From Thermodesulfobacteriota bacterium (GTDB taxonomy: Bacteria; Desulfobacterota_D; UBA1144; Nemesobacterales; UBA2774), in NCBI GenBank assembly GCA_965216785.1, contig OZ244197.1, positions 1,536,001-1,600,000 of the forward strand: a stretch of DNA of 64,000 nt. The letters are read 5' to 3'. Both the position numbers and the translations under genes were made by a program. Positions 1 to 8,164 of this stretch are shown piece after piece (position 1 is the stretch's first letter; each line of letters opens with the position of its first letter). The notes beneath the pieces are model-generated. The model was not told the origin of the DNA. It worked only from the letters and a program-made list of their open reading frames with translations, and ran no database searches.

Positions 1-1162
1 TGGGGCTACAAGCATGGCCTCGCTACTTGCTGATAAGGGAACGGCGGTGAGGCTCCGGTGCACAGACGATCTGGCTTGCGGGCGCGTATTAAAAGGATGC
101 CGTGATTACTTCACGGAAAAATATGAAGAGTATGCGCAAAAGGACATGATACTTGAGAAGAAGCTCGATCTAATTAGCCCGTCCTCTGAGTATACGGGGT
201 TTAAGAGGGCCCGTTTTATCGTTGAAGCGGAGTCAGAGGACCTTGAGACTAAAAAGAAAGTATTGAGTGAAGCGGAGTCCGTAAGCGTAAGTGACGCCGT
301 GTACCTTACCTGCTCGTTTGCTCTCCCCGTTTCCCGCATCGCTCAGGACTGCCGGAGGCCCGATAAGGCTGTCGGCATGAATGCGCTCGGACTGTTAAAT
401 GAGACGGAGCTCCTTGAGATTTCGGCTTCTGAGCGAACGTCAAAGGAAACGGTAGCTGAAATAGTGGGTATCGTAAGACGCCTTGGTAAGACCCCCTTGG
501 TTGTTAAGGACGGGGCCGGGTTCTATACCTCCAGGGTATGGCTCTCGTACTTGAATGAGTCCCTCCACCTTCTTAGCGAAGGAGTGCTGTTTGACGATAT
601 TGAGGAAGCTATGACCGGGTTTGGTTTTGAGGACGGACCGCTGAGCGCAATAGACGAGGCCGGGTTCACACTTGTGCGGGACGGGTTGAATATACTATTT
701 GAGCAATACGGCGAAAGGTTAAAGCCCCATCCTTATCTAGATATTATGATTGACGACGGCAGGCTGGGCGCCGCCTCTGAAAGAGGATTCTACAAATATA
801 TTAAGGATGAAAAGCGGTTTGATAAATCAATCTATAAGCTTCTTTCTATTAATGAGCGGGATATCGAGGGCGTGTCTCTTGATTATATACAGGAGAGGCT
901 TTTACTTTCAATGGTCAACGAGTCTCTAATATGTCTGGAGCAAGGGGTTCTGCCCGGAGCAAAGGAGGCGGACGTCGCCTGTGTGCTGGGGCTCGGATTC
1001 CCGCGCTACAGAGGGGGTCCCTTCAGGTATGTTGATGCGGACGGAGCCGCCGAGACGCTTAAGAAGCTTCATAATCTGAGTGTAAAATACGGCGCCCGCT
1101 ATACCCCGCCGCCTCTTCTAAAGGATATCGCGGTAGGGCCGAATAGGTTCTATGAGGACTGA
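1..1162 (+). CDS. 3-hydroxyacyl-CoA dehydrogenase module of a FadJ/FadB-like multifunctional enzyme (5' partial, catalytic motifs degenerate)
   Basis: Frame open from the window edge. VEAxxEDLxxK, LGKTPLVVKDGAGF and GLGFPxYRGGPFRYVD motifs, with a duplicated C-terminal 3HCDH domain. Confidence 0.85.
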   Translation, partial: GATSMASLLADKGTAVRLRCTDDLACGRVLKGCRDYFTEKYEEYAQKDMILEKKLDLISPSSEYTGFKRARFIVEAESEDLETKKKVLSEAESVSVSDAVYLTCSFALPVSRIAQDCRRPDKAVGMNALGLLNETELLEISASERTSKETVAEIVGIVRRLGKTPLVVKDGAGFYTSRVWLSYLNESLHLLSEGVLFDDIEEAMTGFGFEDGPLSAIDEAGFTLVRDGLNILFEQYGERLKPHPYLDIMIDDGRLGAASERGFYKYIKDEKRFDKSIYKLLSINERDIEGVSLDYIQERLLLSMVNESLICLEQGVLPGAKEADVACVLGLGFPRYRGGPFRYVDADGAAETLKKLHNLSVKYGARYTPPPLLKDIAVGPNRFYED

Positions 1163-1242
1163 TTTTGTAGTTTGGGGCATAGAGTAATGTGTATATTTGA
1201 AATGAGTAGTTATAATTTATAAAAATTTCCTCCGGGTGCAGG

Positions 1243-2121
1243 ATGACATCGAAATCTAAATCCAGAACAAACGTAGAACCAAAGAGAAAAATATCCTATA
1301 TAAAACCTTTGATTATAGCGCTTTCGCTAGTGGGACTAATACTGTCCGCCTACCTGACATACCTCCATTATACTGAAGGTCAGGCGGCTTTCTGCTCGGA
1401 AGGCTCAGCGTGTGATGAGGTAAGACAGAGCGATTTTTCCACTATCCTCGGCATACCAGTAGCCCTCTTTGGCATGCTGGGCTACGGTGTGATAATTGTC
1501 CTTAGTCTTGCTTCTATCTCTAAAAAGAGAAGGTGGCTTTTGCTTTACATCTTTTCTCTCGGCGGAGTTACGTTTTCTGCTTATCTAACCTATGTTGAGC
1601 TATTTGTCATTGAGGCGATATGCAAGTACTGCGTTATTTCGGCGTTAATAATGACAGCTATATTCTTAATTGTCCTTTTCGGAAAGCATCAGTATTATCC
1701 TAAATTCTCAGGGGTTAAAACCACCCTGCTTGGGCTGTGTGTAGTTTTGGTCGTGCTCGTAGGCGCCTTCTCGTTTCAGTACGAGCAGCTGTCACAGGCA
1801 AAGCTTCCCAGCTATGAAATAACCCCTGCCGACAGCTACACAGTTAGCCTGGCAAAATATATGGGCTCTAGGGGAGCCACAATGTACGGCTCTTTTAAAT
1901 GCCCTCACTGTAACGATCAGAAAAAGATGTTCGGAAGCGCGTTTAAGTACATAAATTATGTCGAATGTCACCCACAGGGCCCCGAGGCTAACCCTTCGCT
2001 GTGCTTTGCGAGGGGAGTGCAAAATTTCCCCACCTGGGAGATAAACGGCCAATACTATCAGGGAGCTATGTCACTTGAAAGGCTGTCCGATCTGTCCGGG
2101 TTTGAGAAGACCGGGCAGTAA
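1243..2121 (+). CDS. Vitamin K epoxide reductase (VKOR) family protein fused to a thioredoxin-like domain
   Basis: TM helices with CSEGSAC and CKYC; C-terminal CPHC and FPTWEING motifs. Confidence 0.9.
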   Translation: MTSKSKSRTNVEPKRKISYIKPLIIALSLVGLILSAYLTYLHYTEGQAAFCSEGSACDEVRQSDFSTILGIPVALFGMLGYGVIIVLSLASISKKRRWLLLYIFSLGGVTFSAYLTYVELFVIEAICKYCVISALIMTAIFLIVLFGKHQYYPKFSGVKTTLLGLCVVLVVLVGAFSFQYEQLSQAKLPSYEITPADSYTVSLAKYMGSRGATMYGSFKCPHCNDQKKMFGSAFKYINYVECHPQGPEANPSLCFARGVQNFPTWEINGQYYQGAMSLERLSDLSGFEKTGQ

Positions 2122-2333
2122 AGTGGCTGTGTCCGTCATGTAATTCATACGCTAAGCCCAATCTGCCGGATGACTGCGAGTCTCCCTTGGTATACGCTTA
2201 AAGCACAGCTTTAAACACCTTCTTTATTTCCCTTTAGATTTTATAGTTTTTGCGAAATTATGATTTACATGCTCTGCTCTATGCATTATATTATAAGTGT
2301 CGGAAAAACTTTATAATATCAAAGGTGATGGTA

Positions 2334-2627
2334 ATGACACAGCCTAATATAGATAAAGATATAGAGAGCCTTAAGGACAATGTGGCCAATCTTCGCGCTG
2401 ATCTTGCTCAAATTACTCAGACGTTGTTAGATAAGGGGAAGAGCGAGACAGAGGTTGCGAAGGATAGGCTTATCGAAGAGCTCAAGTTCGAGCTCGACGC
2501 GGCCAAGGCCAAGGGCAAAGAGACTGTTGAGAGCGTTGAGAGCCAGATTCAGGAAAAGCCTTTTCTGAGTCTCCTCATAGCGTTTATTGTAGGTCTTGTT
2601 CTTGGAAAATTGTTTGACCGCAGGTAA
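2334..2627 (+). CDS. ElaB/YqjD/DUF883 family membrane-anchored protein
   Basis: Coiled coil followed by IQEKPFLSLLIAFIVGLVLGKL C-terminal anchor. Start moved to ATG 2334, downstream of AAGGTG. Confidence 0.8.
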   Translation: MTQPNIDKDIESLKDNVANLRADLAQITQTLLDKGKSETEVAKDRLIEELKFELDAAKAKGKETVESVESQIQEKPFLSLLIAFIVGLVLGKLFDRR

Positions 2628-2632
2628 GCCAG

Positions 2633-3103
2633 ATGAATATCCTCAGGGTACTATCACTCTTATTCAAATCCGAAGCGGGTGCCGCAAAAGCGGCTATGAG
2701 CCGGTTAATTGTATTCCTTATCTTATTTATGGTCGCGCTCGTAATAGCGGTTATGGGGCTTGGCTTTTTGCTATGGTCCTCATATCTGTATTTGTCTACC
2801 GTAATGTCTCCTTTCCTCGCTGCTCTCGCTACCGGAGGGGGAGCGATACTTCTTGGTGTGATAATAGTATTGGCGGCGGCTCTTATTACCGGCAGTAGTA
2901 AAAAAAGCAAAAAGGACAGGGCCCATAAAGAGTTCTTTAGCTCAGACGATCTGGGCAGCGCTTCAGAGTTTATTAGCGAGCACCCCCTGGAGTCAGGTCT
3001 AACCGCAGCGATGCTCGGGTTTATCGCGGGCTCCTCTCCCGATACGCGCCGCACGATTACGGAGCTTTTGATCGATTATAGACAAAACCAAAGAATGAAC
3101 TGA
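2633..3103 (+). CDS. Two-TM membrane protein, YqjE/holin-like, with a DUF883-like C-terminal segment
   Basis: Two hydrophobic helices and EHPLESGLTAAMLGF; lies 5 nt after the DUF883 gene. Confidence 0.55.
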   Translation: MNILRVLSLLFKSEAGAAKAAMSRLIVFLILFMVALVIAVMGLGFLLWSSYLYLSTVMSPFLAALATGGGAILLGVIIVLAAALITGSSKKSKKDRAHKEFFSSDDLGSASEFISEHPLESGLTAAMLGFIAGSSPDTRRTITELLIDYRQNQRMN

Positions 3104-3104
3104 T

Positions 3105-3806
3105 TTACTCACCAGCTTTCTTCGTAGACTCTTTTATAAACCTTGCGAACATTGATCTTGATATTTCCGTATCTTCAAGCTCGGGGTGCCACTGCACTCC
3201 CAGTATGAAAGGGGCGTCTTGCGCTTCGATGCCCTCTACTATCCCGTCAGAGGTGAGAGCGTTTACTCTCAATCCGCCCCCGACTTTATTTACTGACTGG
3301 TGGTGGTAGCTTTTTACTAAGAAGTTTTCTCCTCTCGAGATCTCGTAAAGTATCGTGCTCTCCATAACCTCTATTTCGTGTAAGGCGCCTTTTTCGTGAG
3401 GGATTGCTTCGGGGACATATTCGTAAATATCCTGGTGCAGGGATCCTCCATAGAATACATTTAGCAGCTGCATACCGCCGCAGATGCCGAGCACGGGCTT
3501 TTGATCTTCTATCGCTTGCTCCAGAACCCTGAACTCGGTCTCGGTCCTCTCGATGCTCATGGGTCTAAGCTTTGGGTGCGGCTCTTCGTTATAAAACTTA
3601 GGGTCCATATCGCGCGAGCCCGGGAGCAGGAGGCCATCTACAGCGGCCATGGTCTCAATTATAAGCTCGTCGTTTCCGGTTACAGAGGGGACGAGTACGG
3701 GTGTGCCGCCGCCGCATATCACAGCGTGTGCGTATTTCTCTTCTATGACGAAATGCCCGTCTTTTAGGTCTGTAGTAATTGCGATAACAGGCTTGTTTTC
3801 TGGCAT
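3105..3806 (-). CDS. Gamma-glutamyl-gamma-aminobutyrate hydrolase family (peptidase C26, PuuD-like)
   Basis: DGLLLPGSRD, GICGGMQ, SYHHQSV and GVQWHPE motifs. Confidence 0.9.
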   Translation of the reverse strand: MPENKPVIAITTDLKDGHFVIEEKYAHAVICGGGTPVLVPSVTGNDELIIETMAAVDGLLLPGSRDMDPKFYNEEPHPKLRPMSIERTETEFRVLEQAIEDQKPVLGICGGMQLLNVFYGGSLHQDIYEYVPEAIPHEKGALHEIEVMESTILYEISRGENFLVKSYHHQSVNKVGGGLRVNALTSDGIVEGIEAQDAPFILGVQWHPELEDTEISRSMFARFIKESTKKAGE

Positions 3807-4039
3807 GGGACTTTCTTTTAAACAGTGTCGTTAGAGCTAAAGATAAGTGCCGGGTAAAAGAAATGCAAGCCCGCTGTGATTTTTACAGTATATGATTGTC
3901 GTTTATAATCTACTTCCGGAAAGCCCGGACAAAACGGATCGGAATTCATTACATACGGCAGCTTGAGAGCGTTTTGTGATAACGCTATTTATAGCCTTGT
4001 CTATAGAGCTAATACCACATGTCGGAGATTTAAGACCGG

Positions 4040-5932
4040 ATGAACGATTTAGATGAATATAGCCGCCAGCTCTTAAGGGACTTAAGGGCGCTTGAGACAA
4101 TGATTGATTCCGGAATGATCGAATCCGGAGTGAAGCGGATAGGGGCTGAGCAGGAGCTCTACATTGTCGACCGCACCCTGAGACCCAAAGCTCTGGTTGA
4201 AGAAGTTCTTAAGAGACTCGATGATCCTCACTTTACGATTGAGATCGCCAAATTCAATATTGAAATAAATCTAGACCCTCTTTTGTTTAAAGGGGACTGC
4301 CTCACGGGTCTCAAACGACAGACTGAGAATCTGATATCCAAATTAAACAGTGTGCTAAGTGCCATGGGGCTCGATACCGTGATGGCGGGCATACTGCCCA
4401 CGATAAGAAAATCTGATCTTGAGGCTGAAAACCTTACCGCCGGCGAGCGTTACATGGAGCTGTGCAGGAATCTGAATACAGAGCGTCGGTCACCGTTTGA
4501 GTTCAGGATCAGGGGTACGGACGAGCTTATAGAGAGTCACGACACGCCCATGTTTGAGAGCTGTAATACAAGTTTTCAGGTACATCTTCAAGTAAGTCCC
4601 GATGAGGCTGTCGGTCTCTACAATCTGGCTCAGGCCATCTCGGCGCCCGTGCTGGCTTGCGCTGTCAACTCACCCATACTTCTTGGAAAACGGCTCTGGA
4701 ACGAGACCAGGATCGCGCTCTTTCAGCAGGCCGTAGACACCCGCGTAAGCTCTCACACGATGAGACAGAAAAGCGCCAGAGTCACTTTTGGAAAGGGGTG
4801 GGTCAGGGACTCGGTGCTTGAGATTTACCATGACAATATCGCCAGGTTCAGCGTCATCCTGGGACCGGAAATAAATGAGGATTCGCTTTCAGTGCTGGAG
4901 AGCGGCAATGTCCCGAAGCTCAGCGCGTTACAGCTTTTCAACACTACGGTGTGGAGGTGGAACAGGATTTGTTTCGGGACTACGGACGCTAAACCACACC
5001 TTAGGATAGAAAACCGCATACTTCCCTCAGGCCCTACTGTCAGGGACGAGATAGCGAACGCAGCTTTTTGGCTCGGACTCATGAACGGGATGCCGGAAGT
5101 GTATCCGGATGTTACAAGAATTATGGATTTTGACGACGCTAAGGATAATTTTGTCAGAGCAGCCAGAATCGGTCTTGACAGCAAGCTAAAATGGATGAAA
5201 GGCGCAGTATTTTCAGCGGATGAGATTATTCTGAACGAACTGTTGCCAATATCTAAATTGGGGCTAAGCAATGCTGGTATAATAGACGAAGATGCCGATC
5301 GTTATCTGGGTATCATTGAGGAGCGTGTACGTAGCGGGAAAACAGGAGCCAAGTGGATACTTGGTTCTTTCTCGGCTCTGCGTAAAGAGGTGAAAGACCC
5401 TGAAGCGCTGCTGGCAGTCACGGCGGGAATGATGAAGAGGCAGAAAAAGGGAGATCCTGTTCATATGTGGGAAAAAGCTAGGCTTGAAGAAGGCGGGAGC
5501 TGGTTTGAGAGGTGCGAGTATGTCGAGCAGGTAATGACGACTGATCTGTTTGTTGTACGTGAGGACGATCTAATAGACCTTGCTGCCGGTATTATGAGCT
5601 GGAAACACATTAGACACGTACCGGTAGAAAACAATGAAGGCAGATTCAGAGGTCTCCTTACTTCAGGAGCCGTGCTCAGTTTTTATGGGTCAAAGCTCGG
5701 TGAAGACCCCGGGCCAGTCCGGGTGAAGGATATTATGATTAGGGAGCCCCTGATTGTCTCGCCTGAGACGAAAACACTCGATGCGGTAAAACTAATGTTT
5801 GAGCACAAAGTAGGCTGCCTGCCGGTGCTCAAGGGCGGCCGGCTGGTGGGTATAGTCACAGAGCACGACTTTATGAACCTATCAGCGTTTCTTCTAAAGC
5901 ATCATGTAGACCATAACTCTGACACGGATTGA
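4040..5932 (+). CDS. Glutamate-cysteine ligase family 2 (GCS2)-like ligase with a C-terminal CBS pair
   Basis: IGAEQE, EINL, SFQVHLQV and HLRIENR motifs; CBS motifs IRHVPV and VGCLPV...LVGIVTEHD. Confidence 0.85.
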   Translation: MNDLDEYSRQLLRDLRALETMIDSGMIESGVKRIGAEQELYIVDRTLRPKALVEEVLKRLDDPHFTIEIAKFNIEINLDPLLFKGDCLTGLKRQTENLISKLNSVLSAMGLDTVMAGILPTIRKSDLEAENLTAGERYMELCRNLNTERRSPFEFRIRGTDELIESHDTPMFESCNTSFQVHLQVSPDEAVGLYNLAQAISAPVLACAVNSPILLGKRLWNETRIALFQQAVDTRVSSHTMRQKSARVTFGKGWVRDSVLEIYHDNIARFSVILGPEINEDSLSVLESGNVPKLSALQLFNTTVWRWNRICFGTTDAKPHLRIENRILPSGPTVRDEIANAAFWLGLMNGMPEVYPDVTRIMDFDDAKDNFVRAARIGLDSKLKWMKGAVFSADEIILNELLPISKLGLSNAGIIDEDADRYLGIIEERVRSGKTGAKWILGSFSALRKEVKDPEALLAVTAGMMKRQKKGDPVHMWEKARLEEGGSWFERCEYVEQVMTTDLFVVREDDLIDLAAGIMSWKHIRHVPVENNEGRFRGLLTSGAVLSFYGSKLGEDPGPVRVKDIMIREPLIVSPETKTLDAVKLMFEHKVGCLPVLKGGRLVGIVTEHDFMNLSAFLLKHHVDHNSDTD

Positions 5933-5941
5933 AAGAGCGAA

Positions 5942-7141
5942 TTGAGCGAAGTTAATCTGAAAAAGCGAATAATCGGAAGATACGGGGGAGAGACGCAGGG
6001 TCCTACAATAGTTTGTATCGGAGGCCTTCATGGTAATGAGCCAGCGGGCGTGCGAGCGCTCGAATATGTGCTTGACCGGCTCGAAAAAACAGGCGCGCCG
6101 TTCAAAGGGCAATTGATAGGAATAGCGGGTAATCTGAGTGCTCTGGAAAAGGGCGTCCGGTATATCGACCAAGACCTCAACAGAATATGGCGGCCCGCGG
6201 ATGTGGACAAGCTCTTGTCGGGCGGAAACAACTTACCTGTGGAAGATGCTGAAGAGGCTGAGAGAAAAGAGTTAATCGATGTTTTTTATGAGTACTGCTC
6301 TAATAAGGAGTCCCCTATTTATTTCCTTGATTTACACACGACTTCCTCGGACGGGAGCCCGTTTATAACCATTGCGGACACGCTTAGAAACAGGGCTTTT
6401 GCCCTGAATTTTCCGGTCCCTATAATTTTGGGTATTGAAGAGCGTCTCGACAGCACACTTCTTAACTACATAAACGAACATGGATATATTGCTATAGGTT
6501 TTGAAGCGGGCCGTCACGACGAGCCTTCTTCGGTACACCACTGCGCGGCAGCGATATGGATAACCCTTGTCAACGCCGGATGTCTTGACGTGAGAGACGT
6601 TTATGAGCTTGACGAAAGCCTCTCCAGATTAAAGAGCGCCGCAAGCGACTTGGGCGGGTTCTATGAAGTACGTTACCGTCACGGAATTGAGAACGACACA
6701 GATTTTAGGATGGAGCCTGGATTTAAAAATTTTGAAAAAATCCGCAGAGGCGATCTGCTGGCCAAAAGCGGCGCGAGGGAGATTAAGTCCAATGAGAACG
6801 GAAGGATCTTCATGCCTCTGTATCAGAAGCAAGGGGATGACGGTTTTTTCATATTAAAGAGAATCAACCCGCTCTGGCTAAGGTTGTCATCTTATCTCAG
6901 AAGACTCCATGCAGGAGCGGTGCTTCCACTACTGCCGGGAGTACAAGGCGAGGATGGGAAATACGAAACGCTCGTGATTAATAATAAAATAGCCAGATGG
7001 TATGTGATTGAGTTTCTGCACCTCCTGGGTTACAGGAGAAAGACCCGTGAGAGCGGGAATCTGATAGTAAGAAAAAGGGCTTATGATATAAAAAGCCCCC
7101 GGGATTACAGACTCTCGAACAAGACTCTTAATATAAAATAG
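5942..7141 (+). CDS. Succinylglutamate desuccinylase/aspartoacylase family (M14-like) hydrolase
   Basis: GGLHGNE, DLNR, DLHT and FEAG motifs; TTG start 9 nt after the GCS2 gene. Confidence 0.85.
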   Translation: MSEVNLKKRIIGRYGGETQGPTIVCIGGLHGNEPAGVRALEYVLDRLEKTGAPFKGQLIGIAGNLSALEKGVRYIDQDLNRIWRPADVDKLLSGGNNLPVEDAEEAERKELIDVFYEYCSNKESPIYFLDLHTTSSDGSPFITIADTLRNRAFALNFPVPIILGIEERLDSTLLNYINEHGYIAIGFEAGRHDEPSSVHHCAAAIWITLVNAGCLDVRDVYELDESLSRLKSAASDLGGFYEVRYRHGIENDTDFRMEPGFKNFEKIRRGDLLAKSGAREIKSNENGRIFMPLYQKQGDDGFFILKRINPLWLRLSSYLRRLHAGAVLPLLPGVQGEDGKYETLVINNKIARWYVIEFLHLLGYRRKTRESGNLIVRKRAYDIKSPRDYRLSNKTLNIK

Positions 7142-7227
7142 CCCGTCCTGTATCGACTAAATCCGCAATAAAAAGTTTTAAGAAAAAAATCTCTGTGAGA
7201 AAATCATTTATGCATTATTCTTAAGCT

Positions 7228-7752
7228 ATGGGAAGCAAAGAATCATATATATATAAAGGGCTTTACTTTATTCTAGTGTCATTACTTTTGGCCGCGGCTT
7301 TTTATTTCGTGTTCGGGGTTATATTCCGGTACGGGCACCCTTTCTTTAATTACTCTATTTTCCCTGTGTTTTTGGCTTCCTACATAGTGTTAACAGTAAT
7401 TGTTTACCTGATATCGTTTAAAGACAATTTTAAGGATGAGACCCAAAAAAGCACAGGTAGAACAAGAGCCACAGTACTAGTTATGGTGGCGGCGCTTGTG
7501 CTTTCTGCGCTATTCCCCGCGACCGCTCTTTTTGGCCTTTACCCTGTGACTATGGCTATGTTTCATCTGCTGATACTATTTTACGCTGGCATAGCTGTGG
7601 CCGCGCTCAGCCTCTCCGGAGTTATCACTCTATGGAGAAACGGCGCAGTGTTCTCGGCGCTCAATAAAAGCGTATTCACCTTCTCCGTTGTGATATCGCT
7701 TGGTATCTCGTACATGACTTTATACCTTTTCAGACTTTTACCTCTCTCTTAA
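7228..7752 (+). CDS. Hypothetical integral membrane protein (about 5 TM)
   Basis: Long hydrophobic stretches; no recognised motif. Confidence 0.6.
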   Translation: MGSKESYIYKGLYFILVSLLLAAAFYFVFGVIFRYGHPFFNYSIFPVFLASYIVLTVIVYLISFKDNFKDETQKSTGRTRATVLVMVAALVLSALFPATALFGLYPVTMAMFHLLILFYAGIAVAALSLSGVITLWRNGAVFSALNKSVFTFSVVISLGISYMTLYLFRLLPLS

Positions 7753-7791
7753 TCAGGTAGTTTATAATTAATAATTCGGGGAGGTTTAAAT

Positions 7792-8130
7792 ATGAATTCC
7801 AGATTCAAGCTTTATATCATAGCACTTTTATTAATTCTGCCGCTCTCGGCATGCTCTCTTTTTAACCCCTTTGTCGGTAAGTGGAAGTCGGGCATTATGG
7901 AGCTTGATTTTAAAGCCGACAAAACCTTTAAGCTTGTTATTGGTAGCACTATCTCGATCAACCTTGAAGGCGACTACAGTTATGATGAAGAGACTCTAAC
8001 GTTGAGTATCGAGGGAGATACGGATGTTACTTTCTCCTACACCTTTAAGGACGGAAACAAAGAGCTCGTGCTCGTGCCGAAGAGCGATTTTGAATACATA
8101 AAGACTAAAATCGAGCTTAAAAAACAATAG
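7792..8130 (+). CDS. Small beta-rich lipoprotein (lipocalin-like)
   Basis: GGAGG RBS, lipobox LSAC, FVGKW and GDYSY motifs. Confidence 0.65.
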   Translation: MNSRFKLYIIALLLILPLSACSLFNPFVGKWKSGIMELDFKADKTFKLVIGSTISINLEGDYSYDEETLTLSIEGDTDVTFSYTFKDGNKELVLVPKSDFEYIKTKIELKKQ

Positions 8131-8164
8131 TTTGCTTACACATTTTTCCCTTTAATATAATCAA

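Noticed and set aside
2122-2215. Possible structured RNA (GCTGTGT/GCACAGC and GTCAT/ATGAC stems)
   Set aside because: The stems are short enough to arise by chance and match no family I recognise.
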